Assembly (NCBI RefSeq): GCF_004010195.1
Contig: NC_057746.1
Location: 20,125,885-20,189,884 of the forward strand
Direction of reading: 5' to 3'
From: Chiloscyllium plagiosum
Taxonomy: Eukaryota
Length of the DNA: 64,000 nucleotides
Position 1 is the first letter of the stretch. Every line of letters begins with the position of its first letter. Positions 38,355 through 52,400 of the stretch are shown here, in pieces. The notes beneath the pieces are model-generated. The model did no database searches. It worked only from the letters and a program-made list of their open reading frames with translations, and was not told where the DNA came from. The translations under genes were made by a program, and so were the position numbers.

Positions 38355-39390
38355 ACCCCCCCCCAAAAACACCACCACCAAGACCATCCCCAAAAACACC
38401 ACCACGGCCATCCCCAAAAACGCCACCAAGACCATCGCCCAAAACACCACCACCAAGACCATCGCCAAAACACCACCATGACAACCATTGCCCAAAACAC
38501 CACCACCACGACCATCCCCAAAAACACCACCATGACCATCGCCCAAAACACCACCACTGCGACCATCCCGAAAATGACCACCACCGCGACCATCCCCAAC
38601 TCAACATCACCACGACCATCCCCAAAATTATCATACCCACGGCCATCCCCTAAACACCATCACCACCACCACCACGGCCGTCTCCAAAATCACCGTGACT
38701 GCCACGGCCGTCTCCAAAATCATCGTGACCACCACGACCGTCTCTAAAGTCACCGTGACCACCACGACGGTCTCCTAAATCCCCGTGACCACCAAGACCA
38801 TCTCCAAAATCACCATGACCACTAAGACCATCTCCAAAATCACCATGACCATCTCCAAAATCACCATAACCACCAAGACCGTCTCCAAATTCACCACGAC
38901 CATCTCCAAAATCACCATAACCACCACGACTGCCTCCAAAATCACCATGACCATCACAACCATCTCCAAAATCACCGTGACTACTATGACCGTCTCCAAA
39001 GTCACCGTGACCACCACGACCATCTCCAAAGTCGCCGTGACCATCTCCAAAGTCGCCGTGACCACCTCCAAAATCACCATGACCGTCTCCAAATTCACCA
39101 CGACCATCTCCTAAATCACCGTGACCACCACGACCATCTCTAAAGTCACCATGACGACCACAACTGTGTCCAAAATCACCATGACCACCACGACCATCTC
39201 TAAAGTCACCGTGACCACCACGACCGTCTCCTAAATCCCCGTGACCACCAAGAACATCTCCAAAATCACCAAGACCATCTCCAAATTCTCCATGACCACC
39301 ACAACCATCTCTAAATTCACCATGACCAGCATGACCGTCTCCAAAATCTCTATGACCACCACGACCGTCTCCAAAATCACCATGACCACC
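38355..39390. repeat. Degenerate ~30-bp ACC/CAC-rich tandem repeat (GACCATCTCCAAAATCACCATGACCACCAC)
   Basis: Direct inspection; gives low-complexity Thr/Val-rich pseudo-ORFs. Confidence 0.9.
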
Positions 39391-41316
39391 TACCTCTTTC
39401 CACCCCTCCCCACTTCACCATTGGAACACCTATAATTTCTGTATTGTAGATGTTTTCTTCTGATTGTCCATGGCTTTGGATTTTGCTGGCAAATCTAGCA
39501 TTTACAGATTATCAAGACGTTCCATTTCGACAGTAGGCCTAACCTAGTTTCTTGAACCACTGTAACGTGGGTACGCCCACAGTGCTGTTAGGGAGGGAGC
39601 GCTGGGGTTCTGATCCAGCAGAAATGAGGGAATGGCGGACGTGTTTCCAAGGCACAGAGGTGCCTCTCCTCCAGGCAGCTGTGCTGTAATATGCCCCATG
39701 GCAGGTATTGGAGGCACTGCCAGGGAAACCTTCCCAGACCCCAGCAGTGTGTCTTTTTTGTTGGTACACGTTGCACCAGTGATGGAGACACTGTGTATTC
39801 TCACATTGTTCTGTCTTTGTTCGCTGACCTCAATGTGTATTGTAAGATTGTGGGCTTTGCTCTAATCATAAGACCCAAGTCAATTACAATTATAAACTGA
39901 GTTAAGAAAGCCAGTCTTAAAAGCTTACTGATCCTGATTAATCACAGGATTCCTTTCAGATATAGATGTGTTTTTACAGTTTATGAAGTTTATCAAAACA
40001 AACAATACTTAATAAAAGCGGTGGTTTTCAGTCAGACCCAGCCAGGGTTTCCTGGTTAACTGGGCACAGGTCCCTTGTTCTCCTCCTGCCTCCAGTCATC
40101 TTTGCTGTGCTGCTAACCACTAAGAGTCTCTGTTTATTAACCCTTGTTAGCCTCCCCGTGATCAGAGACATCCTGAAATCTAATTGGTTTGCCAATGCAT
40201 CGACATGATATGCATCTCACATTGGTAGGTAGTGTGTAGCTGATTTCTGATAGATATTTTACTGGTAGCATTTATTGTTTCCGAATTTGTGCCTTGAAAT
40301 GACAATTATATCTCCGTGATTGTAACTTGATCTCTACCAAGATAACCGTGACACCTGCAGAGTCATTTGTTTGTCTGCTTGAGAGGGTCATGCAGGATCA
40401 TCCCTGAGAGATTTAATCTCATTCCTAACACCCTAACAGATACATGTAACTATTTTGGAAAATTCAAAAATCTCCTCACTGTCATTTAGCTAACAGAAGC
40501 ACGTGTGACTCCACAACGATAGCTGTTGTTGCCTGACTCAAATTCACTGATTTTCTAAAGACCACACTGAATTTTTCTTTCTCCAACAGACCTGTTGCTT
40601 TTTTTTTAAGGCAATTAAACCATTTTAAAACATACCTGTGTCTGTATGTGAAAGGTTTTTAACCTGAACATTTTTACATTTGTTACTCTTAAGTGTACAT
40701 TTGCTTTGCCCATAAAAATAGCCATCAAGTCATAAACCCATTTTGACCTTGCAGAAAGTGACTGCAGTTAAATAGAATATGGTTTTATTCCTCACTTAAT
40801 AAAGTCACAATGATTGAAAATAACTCATTGCTGCAGTTATGGCTACCCATTACATCCATTGGATGGTGACGGCTAGCACGAGGGGATTATAGCTTTAAAT
40901 TGAGGGGTGATAGATATAGGACAGATGTCAGAGGTAGATTCTTTACTCAGCGTAGTACGGGCGTGGAATGCCCTGCCTGCAACAGTAGTAGATTCGCGAA
41001 CGTTAAGAGCATTTAAATGGTCATTGGATAAACCTATGGATGATAATAGAATAGTGTAGATTAGATGGGCTCCAGGTTGGTTCCACAGGTCGGCGCAACT
41101 TATGTTCTATATTCTATATTCTATGTTCAATGTGGTATTGTTGGAGAAGGAAAGGACTCGTGACTATTAGCAAAAATGATCAGCTCAAGGCTCCCCTCCC
41201 CCCCAGTTAACTTGTGTTTGAGTGTGTGGTTAAGAGATTTGGTGAAGGCCAGTGTTGACAGACACTGTGTGTGCTGATTTGCCATTTCGCTGCGCCCCCA
41301 CCCTCCCCCGCCACAG

Positions 41317-41479
41317 GTACCAGTGCTCTGAGGAGATCCTAACCATCGCAGCCATGCTGTCGGTCAACAACGCCATCTTCTACCGGCCCAAAGACAAGGT
41401 GGTGCATGCTGACAATGCTCGCATGAACTTCTTCCTGCCTGGGGGGGATCATCTGGTCCTGCTCAACGTCTATACACAG
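41317..41479 (+). CDS. DHX16: DHX16 exon ([27 protein letters not shown]...[12 protein letters not shown])
   Basis: CACAG acceptor (phase 2), conserved GDHL motif, donor CAG|GTGAGG. Confidence 0.95.
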
Positions 41480-41678
41480 GTGAGGGGGAGCAGCAGGTAC
41501 TAAATCTGAACACCAAAGTGTAGCACAGTCACCCTGTGCATTCAGGGACTGTGTGAGTCTCCTTGTGTTCGGTGGCAGGGAGGGGAGCGGCGCGTGCATC
41601 TCACCACCGTTGAGGGCCGTGTAAGCCCTGACCTGTCCTTTCTCACTCCTCCTCCTTCCCCCCCCCACTCCGCTGCAG

Positions 41679-41840
41679 TGGGTAGAAAGCGGCTACTCCA
41701 CGCAGTGGTGTTACGAGAATTTCATTCAGTTCCGGTCGATGCGGAGAGCCAGGGACGTGCGGGACCAGTTGGAGGGTCTGATGGAGAGGATTGAAGTGGA
41801 GATGAAATCTTCTGCGGGCGATAACGTCCTCATCCGCAAG
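41679..41840 (+). CDS. DHX16: DHX16 exon ([31 protein letters not shown]...IRK)
   Basis: TGCAG acceptor, conserved WCYENFIQ, donor AAG|GTGAGA. Confidence 0.95.
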
Positions 41841-43891
41841 GTGAGAGTGGGGAGCACAGCGACGGTCACGCTCAAGTGTACAGGGGGAAGACGATGGCTA
41901 AGTGGCATTTTCGCTGGACTGTTAATCCTGAAAATAAGCTAGTCTTCTGCAGACCTGGGTTTGAGCCTTGCTAGGTGAAACGGTGGCTCAGAGGTTAGCA
42001 TGGCTGCCTCCCAGTGCTAGTACCCGGGTTCGATTCCAGCCTCAGGCGACTGACTGTGTGGAGTTTGCACATTCTCCCTGTGTCTGCGTGGGTTTCCTCT
42101 GGGTGCTCCGGTTTCCTCACACAGTCCAAAGATGTGCAGGTCAGGTGGGTGGGCCACGAGAAATGCAGAGTTACAGGGATAGAGTTGGGGGGGGGCGGGG
42201 GGAGAGGAGATGGGTCTGGGTGGGATGTTCTTTGGAGGGGAGTCAGTGTGGCCAGCTTCCAGCTTCCACACTGTAGGGATTCTGTGACGCCGAAGGCCGG
42301 AGCTGCCCACGTGATCTGAGTGGGGGGCCAGAGTCAGGAACTTCAGAATGGGAGAGGGTATCCTTATCCAGGGAGCTGTTCAGTTAAACCATGCCTAAAC
42401 GGACTCTTAACCCTCTCTTGCTCACATCTGGTCCTTAATGTTTAATACCCTTGCCCAGTAAAAATCGATCGGAGGTTGAGCTGGTGATGGCAGGGGAGGA
42501 CTGCTCCTGGTGTATTGTTGTGGCAGACGACAGGAGCCAGTCCTTTGACCGGAGGGTGTTGTAGACCCTACTTGGTTTAATCAGCGGGACAAGTCTGTGT
42601 AGGTTGGCTATTCCCAGACCAGCTGCAGAACAGAGCTGTGCCAAGGCGGAATCAGGCCACAGTCACTGAAGCATAGATTCCCTACAGTGTGGAAACTGGC
42701 CCTTCGGCCCGACAGGTCCACACCAACCCTCTGAAGAGTAACCCACCCAGACCCTTGCCTTATCCTATTACCGTACATTTACCCCTGACTAATGAACCTA
42801 ACCTACACATCCCTGAACACTGTGGAAAATTCACCATGGCCAATCCACCCTAAGCTGCGCACCTTTGGACTGTGGGAGGAAACCGGAGCACCCGGAGGAA
42901 ACCCACGCAGACACGGGGAGAGTGTGGAAACTCCACACGGACAGTTGCCTGAGGCTGGGATCGAACCCGGGTCCTGGCGCTGTGAGGCAGCAGTGCTAAC
43001 CACTGAGCCGCCGTGCCGCCCACTGCTTGGGTCGGCTTGCCCCGAAACAAAGCACCAGCTGTCTTGTGCCAGTCTGTGGCCACCCACAGATCAGTCCGAC
43101 CACTATCGGAACTGCCTGTTTAACTCCAGCTGTGAAATTCCTGATCATTTGTGTTGGGTTTCTTTTGTAACACAGCAAGAGAGCAGTCTGACCGTAAGGC
43201 CGGTTACTATCAGACAGAGTTGTGCAGGGGTTTATTGTATCCAGTTGGTGATTTTTGACAGGTCCGGACTGGTACCAAGAATACCAGCTTTGTGAGGGGA
43301 CTGGAGAAGTTGGGATTGCTCTCCTCAGAACTCAAGAGGTAGCGTGATGATTGAATGGAAGTGTTTGAGACCGTGAGGAGTTCTGATCGAAACACATTCG
43401 CAGTCGGGGGCGAGTCAGTAACTAGAAGCTGAGTGAATGGTTTAAAAGCAGAACGGGAGATGGTTTTTCTTTTTGGTGTTGGGGGGGGTGAGTTGGCCAG
43501 GATTTTACTGCCTGAAAAGATGAATGGAAGCAGGTTCAGTCTGAACTTTCATAAAGGGGAATTGGCGGAATATAACAGGTCCTTGAAAAGGCAAGCTGTG
43601 CAGGGCCGAGGGGATGAGAAAGAACAGAGTCTGTTAGATCGATCCACCGAAGAGTCAGCACACGTTCAGTGATGGGGCACATCTCCTTCCTCGGTGCTAC
43701 GGCTCTGTGTAGCTGTGTTTGAAGTGAAGTTCACCAAACGCTGTGCTGAATTGGGGGAGGGGCTGTGTGTGTGTGTGTGTGCGCGCACGCACGCGTCTGT
43801 GGGTGGGTGGCACTGAGAGGAGAGCTGACTGCTGATCTGGGCACTGGGCCCCCACCTCCCAGTAACCACTGCCCAGCTGGGAGGAAGACCC

Positions 43892-43923
<32 letters not shown>

Positions 43924-43944
43924 ACCCCACCAAATTGCCTGCAG

Positions 43945-44118
43945 GCCATCACCGCTGGCTTCTTCTACCACACCGCCCGGCTCACTCGCACTGGCTACAA
44001 GACGGTGAAGCACCAGCAGGCAGTCTACGTCCACCCCAACAGCAGCCTGTTCGAGGAGCAGCCCCGCTGGCTCATCTACCACGAGCTGGTCTTCACCACA
44101 AAGGAGTTCATGAGACAG
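43945..44118 (+). CDS. DHX16: DHX16 exon, OB-fold ([13 protein letters not shown]...[29 protein letters not shown])
   Basis: TGCAG acceptor, conserved [20 protein letters not shown], donor CAG|GTACGT. Confidence 0.96.
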
Positions 44119-45594
44119 GTACGTTCCCAGCTGACCACACTTTCCCTGTTTCTGTCTGTCTGTCTGTCTGTCTCTTGTTACTCCAACGTTTCCTGCTGAC
44201 TTTTTTAACACCCTTGTGCTGGATGACCCTCCTCCTCAGTCCAGTGTGAGGTTGGCAGCTGTTCACCTGTGGAGGGCATCATTGGCCCCTCTTGCATTCC
44301 TGTTAAAGGCTCCTCCTCCCCAAGTCTCCACATCCAGATAACCATCGCCACACGCAGAGGAATTAGAGGTTTATCTTGTGGCTAAGGAGATTATTACTAC
44401 ACAGTGGGGAGTATAGAACTGGGGAGGGAGACTTTTTAAAATTTATTTTTTACTGTCACGTGTACTCAAGTACAGGAGTGCAGTGAAAAGCGCCATTTTA
44501 GATACAAAGGTGTAAACAAATCTTGGGTACAAGGTAGTAAGAGTAAAAGGTTAATCATTACCTTCATAGAAGAAGTAGAAAAATGAAGAAATCAGTTAAT
44601 ATTTAGCGCCCTTCTTAATTTAAACTAGAAAAATACAGGAATTCAGTTCCTTAAGGTTGCTGTTTTAAAATCAGACATCTGCCATTTAAGATGAAGGTGA
44701 GAAGGAATTTCTTCTCTCTGAGGAGTAGTGAGTTGTGAAATTCTCTTTCCCAGAAACCATACATTCAAGGCTGAGTATGACAGCTTTCTGATTGACAGGG
44801 ACTTGGAGGGTGAGGAGTAGGATAGAAAGTAGGGTTGAGGCCACATTCAGACAGAGCAGAACCGAACCGAGGGGCCGAATGCACTAGATTAGATTCCCTA
44901 CAGTGCAGAAACAGGCCCTTCGGCCCAACAAGTCCACACAGACCCTCCGAAGAGTAACCCACCCAGACCCATTTCTCTCTGACTCATGCACCAAACACTA
45001 TGCCGCCCGGTGGCTCAGTGGTTAGCACTGCTGCCTTGCAGCACCAGGGATCCAGATTCGATTCCAGCCTCAGGCGACTGTCTGTGTGGAGTTTGCACAT
45101 TCTCCCCGTGTCTGCGTGGGTTTCCTCCGGGTGCTCCGGTTTCCTCCCACAGTCCAAAGATGTGCAGGTTAGGGTGGATTGGCCAGGCTAAATTACCCAT
45201 AGTGTTAGGTGCATTAGTCAGAGAAATGGGCCTAGGTGGGATACTCTTCAGTGGGTCGGTGTGGATCTATTAGGCCGAAGGGCCTGTTTCCAGACTGTAG
45301 GGAATCTAATCTAATCTTTTTAATCCCACTCTTATTTTTGAAGTTCTTACAAAACAAGGCCATTGAACCCAAGTGGCGAAATACATGGTTTGTGATTTCT
45401 CTTCTTTTTGGGAAGATGTAACAGAAGGTTAGCACTGTTGCCTCACGGTGCGGTGGACCCGTGGTTCGATTCCGATCTCAGGTGACTGACTGTGTGGAGT
45501 TTGCACGTTCTCCCCGTGGTTTTCGTTTGGGTGCTCCGGGTTACCTCTGTTGTGTAAAGGTGTGCAGGTTAGGTGGATTGGCCGTGCGAAATCA

Positions 45595-46930
45595 TCAGCA
45601 TCTCTTTGTGAGAGGTAGGCCATGCCTCACAAGCCTGATTGAGTTCTTTGAGGGTTTTATAGAGCTGCAGCAAAACCTTGTGACTTTTAAATTCAATCCC
45701 CCCCCGTCAATGAAAGCCAAAACACCATATTCCTTCTTAACAACCCTATCAATATGGGTGACAACTTTGGGGGATCTATGTACGTAGAGTTCTTTAAGGA
45801 TGTGACAGGACAAGTTAACGAGCTGTGCATGTGGTATATACGAATTTCAGTAAGGCATTGATAAGGTTCCCCACGATAGGCTCAGTCAGGAAGGTAGGAG
45901 GTATGGGTACAGGGAAATGTGGCTGTCTGGATACAGAATTGGCTGGCCAAAAGAAGACAGTTCTTGGGCCTCTGCTCTTTGTTGTTTTTATCAATGACTT
46001 GGATGAAGAAGTGGAAGGGTGGGTTAGTAAGTTTGCCAATGACACAAAGGCCAGTGGTGTTGTAGATAGTGTTGAGGGCTGTTGCAAACTGCAACAAGAC
46101 ATTGACAGGATGCAGAGCTGCTCTGAGAAGTGGCAGATGGAGTTCAACCTGGATAAATGTGAAGTGATTCATTTTGGAAGGTCGAATGTGAATGCTGAAA
46201 ACGAGGTTAAAGACAGGATTCTTGGCAATATGGAGGAACAGTGAGATCTTGGGGTCTACGTACATTGATCCCCCAAAGTTGTCACCCATATTGATAGGAT
46301 TGTTAAGAAGGAATATGGTGTTTTGGCTTTCATTGACGGGGGGGATTGAATTTAAAAGTCACAAGGTTTTGCTGCAGCTCTATAAAACTCTGGTTCGACC
46401 ACATTTGGAATGTTGTGTCCAGTTCTGGTCACCTCATTTTATTGGTAGGATGTGGATGCTTCAGAGAGGGTGCAGAGGAGATTTATCTGAGTGCTGCCTG
46501 GATTGGAGGGCTTGTCTTATGAAGAGAGGTTGAGCGAGGCTAGGGCTTTTCACACTGGAGAGAAGGAAGAAAGAGAGGTGACTTGAGAGAGGTGTACAAG
46601 GTAGTGAGAAGCAGTGATAGAGTAAATAGCCAGAGACTTTTCCCCAGGGCAGAAATGGCTGTCACAAGGGGCCATAAGTTTAAGGTGATTGGAGGAAGGT
46701 TTAGGGGAGATGTCAGAGGTGGGTTCTTTACACAGAGAGTGGTGGGTGCGTGGAATGCACTGCCAGCGATGGGAGTAGAATCAGAGACAGTGCTGGACAA
46801 GCACATGGATGGCAGTAAATTGTGGGCTGTGTGGGTTAGGTTGATCTTAGATTAAGATAAATGCTCGGTACAACGTCGAGGGCTGAAGGGCCTGTACTGT
46901 GCTGTACTTGTCCTACCGTCCTACCTTCTA
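45595..46930 (+). mobile_element. CR1-type LINE 3' portion (RT and 3' end) with internal inverted duplication
   Basis: LGPLLFVVFINDLDE..SKFANDTK..LQQDIDR..KWQMEFN..KC and LYKTLVRPHLECCVQFWSP motifs. Confidence 0.9.
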
Positions 46931-48600
46931 TGAAATTGCCTACAGCACCCAGGGATGTGCCAGCTAGCTGGGTTAGCCATGGGAAATGCAGGATTACAGG
47001 GATATAGGGTAGGCTGGCCTGCCTCCACGCGGTGGGGATTCTGGAATGCGAGTGTCTCTCACTTCTTCAGGTTCGTGACCACGTCGGATCTTTTACACCG
47101 GAGCTGGCAGGAATTAGCAGCAGCAGTAGTGGGCCAACTTCAGCCTGCCTCACTGTTCAGTGGAAACGTGGATGATATTGAGTTTCACATTCTAGCCTGC
47201 TGCACACAACCCTGATAGATCAAACATTCCCCCCGATTCCAGCCTAAAATGATGAAGTGTCCACAGCCCTCTTGCAGTAGGAAATTCCAAATGCTTTGAG
47301 CCCTTTAAATGAAGTCATTTCTTGTCACCTCAGTCCTTTTTAAAAAAAACGATTGATCCTTTAAACCGAGACAGCCCCCCGCCCCTCCCCCGGCACGCCC
47401 CTTGGAGAGGATTGTCAGCCAGGATTATATGACTGAGTTCCCGATGTGGGACTGGAGCCCATGACTTTCCTGACTCTCTCAGCAAGACTGAGAGCTTGTC
47501 AATTGCAGCATGGTGGACAGGTGCACCATCTAATGATGGAGTGTGGCACTGCATCAGCACCCAGAGTTTTAGAGCACAGAAACAGCCCCTTTGGTCCAAC
47601 CAGTCTATGTTGACCAAGTTTCCCTAGCTAAACTAGTGCCACTTGCCTGCACTTGGCCCGTATCCTTCTAAACCTTTCCTATTCGTGTTCCTGCCCAAAC
47701 ACCTTTTTAAATGTTGTAACTGTGCCTGCATCTATCACTTCCTCTGGCAGCTATTTCCACACATGAATCAGTCTCTGTGTGGAAAATAATTATCCCTCCG
47801 GTCCCTTTTTTTAAAAACTTTCTCCTCTCACCTTAAAAATATGACCCCGAGTTTTGAACTCTCGCACCCCAGGGAAAAGACTCTTTGCCATTCACCTTAT
47901 CTATGCCCCTCATAATTCCTTAAACCCCTTAATCTCTGCTGTTCCACTAAAAATAGTCCCAGCCTATCCAGCCTCTCCTCAGAACTCAAACCCTCCATTA
48001 CTGGTTATATCCTTTTCAAACCTTTTCTGAACCCTGACCAGCTTAGTAATATCCTTCCTGTAACGGGGCGACCAGAAGAGGCCTCACCAACATCCTGTAA
48101 AACCTCAACATGACGTCCCAACTCCTACAGTCAAATGTATGAGCAATGTAGGCTAAACGCCTTCTTAACCACCCGGTCTACCTGTGATGCAACATCCAAA
48201 GAATTGTGTACCAGAACCCCGAGGAATCTCTTTACGAAAACCCGCTCCAGGGCCCTATTGTATACGTCCTGCTCTTGTTTGTTTGATCAAAATGCAGCAC
48301 CTCGCATTTATCCAAATTAAACTCCATCTGCCACTCCTCAGTCCACTGGCCCAAGTGTTCAAGATTCCTTTGTAACCTTGGATGACTATAGCACCAATTC
48401 TGGTGTCATCCGCAAACTTAGTAACCATGCTTCCTACATGCTCATCCGTGTTGGTGTTTGTGGTGCTTTTTCAGTTTGGACTGTCCACCTAACCCCGCCC
48501 TCAGCTACCCACAGTGCACCGAGTGGGGACCACCCATCCCCTCAGCAGCTACCTTGAAGCTCCGCGCTGCACCTCTCAATTTTCCCCCTCTGTCTCTCAG

Positions 48601-48729
48601 GTGATCGAGATCGACAGTGGGTGGCTGCTGGAGGTGGCCCCGCATTACTACAAATCCAAGGAGCTACAGGATGCAGCCAGCAAGAAGATGCCCAAGAAAG
48701 TGGGCAAGACCCGGGAGGAGCTCGGCTGA
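48601..48729 (+). CDS. DHX16: DHX16 last coding exon ([17 protein letters not shown]...KTREELG*)
   Basis: TCTCAG acceptor, conserved [10 protein letters not shown] and C-terminal KTREELG, TGA at 48727-48729. Confidence 0.96.
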   Translation: MIEIDSGWLLEVAPHYYKSKELQDAASKKMPKKVGKTREELG

Positions 48730-49215
48730 GGGGCCCGGGCACGGGTGCCCTGCCAGGAGCCCTGCCCACCCGGCCACCCACCCCTCTGCAGTGGGACGAC
48801 ACCTCATTTACCTACAGGGCGAACGTTCACTGTTTCGGATTAAACGGAGCGAGGGTTGCCTGAAGGATAGCCTCAAATCCCCCGGCGTCGTGCTGGCACT
48901 GGATGCCTGGTTCGGATCGAACTGCAGCCTCTGTCCCCAGGAGGAAGGTTACACCGCGTATCAGCCGGCATCGAGCTAGGGCTGGGTGGGGAACGGTGCC
49001 TCTCGGCTGCAGTGCAATGGCCACAATGGATCTGAGCCACCGGGAACAGTAACCAAGAAGGAAGGAGTTCCGATTCCAGAGCTCAGGCCGGTCCAGTGGC
49101 CTGTGCCAGCAGCAGGAGCCTTGCCCCTCAGAACGCTTTCACATCTGCACGAGTGAGGTTAGTGCAGCACGGGGCTGTCTACGGCAATCCAGAGCTGCAA
49201 CTTCCTGATGTTTCA

Positions 49216-49221
49216 AATAAA
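49216..49221 (+). terminator. Likely DHX16 polyadenylation signal AATAAA
   Basis: First AATAAA, about 490 nt after the stop codon, followed by GT/T-rich sequence. Confidence 0.65.
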
Positions 49222-49404
49222 GTTTGGCACTTTTGTAGAAGAAGAAAGCCAGTTTGTCTTCCTGTCAAAGCTCTTGTCTTCTCGTTTGTCAATATTTGTA
49301 ATCTGTAATCGAACAGTGCAGAGGGCTCCAAACCCTCGATTTCCACAGCATCCTCCTGTCGGAGTGTCTCTGTGACAGGACTGGGGCGCTTTGACAATGG
49401 AGCC

Positions 49405-52400
49405 CCTACAGCAGTCAGTGTATCTCCCTGATAGATCTGGTCACTGGGCCCCCTACAACAGCAGTCACTGTATCTCCCTGATAGACCTGGTCACTGGGAC
49501 CCCCTACAGCAGTCACTGTATCTCCCTGATAGACCTGGTCACTGGGACCCCCTACAGCAGTCACTGTATCTCCCTGATAGACCTGGTCACTGGGACCCCC
49601 TACAGCAGTCACTGTATCTCCCTGATAGACCTGGTCACTGGGACCCCCTACAGCAGTCACTGTATCTCCCTGATAGACCTGGTCACTGGGACCCCCTACA
49701 GCAGTCACTGTATCTCCCTGATAGACCTGGTCACTGGGACCCCCTACAGCAGTCACTGTATCTCCCTGATAGACCTGGTCACTGGGACCCCCTACAGCAG
49801 TCACTGTATCTCCCTGATAGACCTGGTCACTGGGACCCCCTACAGCAGTCACTGTATCTCCCTGATAGACCTGGTCACTGGGACCCCCTACAGCAGTCAC
49901 TGTATCTCCCTGATAGACCTGGTCACTGGGACCCCCTACAGCAGTCACTGTATCTCCCTGATAGACCTGGTCACTGGGACCCCCTACAGCAGTCACTGTA
50001 TCTCCCTGATAGACCTGGTCACTGGGACCCCCTACAGCAGTCACTGTATCTCCCTGATAGACCTGGTCACTGGGACCCCCTACAGCAGTCACTGTATCTC
50101 CCTGATAGACCTGGTCACTGGGACCCCCTACAGCAGTCACTGTATCTCCCTGATAGACCTGGTCACTGGGACCCCCTACAGCAGTCACTGTATCTCCCTG
50201 ATAGACCTGGTCACTGGGACCCCCTACAGCAGTCACTGTATCTCCCTGATAGACCTGGTCACTGGGACCCCCTACAGCAGTCACTGTATCTCCCTGATAG
50301 ACCTGGTCACTGGGACCCCCTACAGCAGTCACTGTATCTCCCTGATAGACCTGGTCACTGGGACCCCCTACAGCAGTCACTGTATCTCCCTGATAGACCT
50401 GGTCACTGGGACCCCCTACAGCAGTCACTGTATCTCCCTGATAGACCTGGTCACTGGGACCCCCTACAGCAGTCACTGTATCTCCCTGATAGACCTGGTC
50501 ACTGGGACCCCCTACAGCAGTCACTGTATCTCCCTGATAGACCTGGTCACTGGGACCCCCTACAGCAGTCACTGTATCTCCCTGATAGACCTGGTCACTG
50601 GGACCCCCTACAGCAGTCACTGTATCTCCCTGATAGACCTGGTCACTGGGACCCCCTACAGCAGTCACTGTATCTCCCTGATAGACCTGGTCACTGGGAC
50701 CCCCTACAGCAGTCACTGTATCTCCCTGATAGACCTGGTCACTGGGACCCCCTACAGCAGTCACTGTATCTCCCTGATAGACCTGGTCACTGGGACCCCC
50801 TACAGCAGTCACTGTATCTCCCTGATAGACCTGGTCACTGGGACCCCCTACAGCAGTCACTGTATCTCCCTGATAGACCTGGTCACTGGGACCCCCTACA
50901 GCAGTCACTGTATCTCCCTGATAGACCTGGTCACTGGGACCCCCTACAGCAGTCACTGTATCTCCCTGATAGACCTGGTCACTGGGACCCCCTACAGCAG
51001 TCACTGTATCTCCCTGATAGACCTGGTCACTGGGACCCCCTACAGCAGTCACTGTATCTCCCTGATAGACCTGGTCACTGGGACCCCCTACAGCAGTCAC
51101 TGTATCTCCCTGATAGACCTGGTCACTGGGACCCCCTACAGCAGTCACTGTATCTCCCTGATAGACCTGGTCACTGGGACCCCCTACAGCAGTCACTGTA
51201 TCTCCCTGATAGACCTGGTCACTGGGACCCCCTACAGCAGTCACTGTATCTCCCTGATAGACCTGGTCACTGGGACCCCCTACAGCAGTCACTGTATCTC
51301 CCTGATAGACCTGGTCACTGGGACCCCCTACAGCAGTCACTGTATCTCCCTGATAGACCTGGTCACTGGGACCCCCTACAGCAGTCACTGTATCTCCCTG
51401 ATAGACCTGGTCACTGGGACCCCCTACAGCAGTCACTGTATCTCCCTGATAGACCTGGTCACTGGGACCCCCTACAGCAGTCACTGTATCTCCCTGATAG
51501 ACCTGGTCACTGGGACCCCCTACAGCAGTCACTGTATCTCCCTGATAGACCTGGTCACTGGGACCCCCTACAGCAGTCACTGTATCTCCCTGATAGACCT
51601 GGTCACTGGGACCCCCTACAGCAGTCACTGTATCTCCCTGATAGACCTGGTCACTGGGACCCCCTACAGCAGTCACTGTATCTCCCTGATAGACCTGGTC
51701 ACTGGGACCCCCTACAGCAGTCACTGTATCTCCCTGATAGACCTGGTCACTGGGACCCCCTACAGCAGTCACTGTATCTCCCTGATAGACCTGGTCACTG
51801 GGACCCCCTACAGCAGTCACTGTATCTCCCTGATAGACCTGGTCACTGGGACCCCCTACAGCAGTCACTGTATCTCCCTGATAGACCTGGTCACTGGGAC
51901 CCCCTACAGCAGTCACTGTATCTCCCTGATAGACCTGGTCACTGGGACCCCCTACAGCAGTCACTGTATCTCCCTGATAGACCTGGTCACTGGGACCCCC
52001 TACAGCAGTCACTGTATCTCCCTGATAGACCTGGTCACTGGGACCCCCTACAGCAGTCACTGTATCTCCCTGATAGACCTGGTCACTGGGACCCCCTACA
52101 GCAGTCACTGTATCTCCCTGATAGACCTGGTCACTGGGACCCCCTACAGCAGTCACTGTATCTCCCTGATAGACCTGGTCACTGGGACCCCCTACAGCAG
52201 TCACTGTATCTCCCTGATAGACCTGGTCACTGGGACCCCCTACAGCAGTCACTGTATCTCCCTGATAGACCTGGTCACTGGGACCCCCTACAGCAGTCAC
52301 TGTATCTCCCTGATAGACCTGGTCACTGGGACCCCCTACAGCAGTCACTGTATCTCCCTGATAGACCTGGTCACTGGGACCCCCTACAGCAGTCACTGTA

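Noticed and set aside
39841-40854. Possible solo LTR (TGTAA...TTACA, AT-rich, about 1 kb)
   Set aside because: No target-site duplication at these ends and no second copy in the window; cannot be supported without a repeat search.
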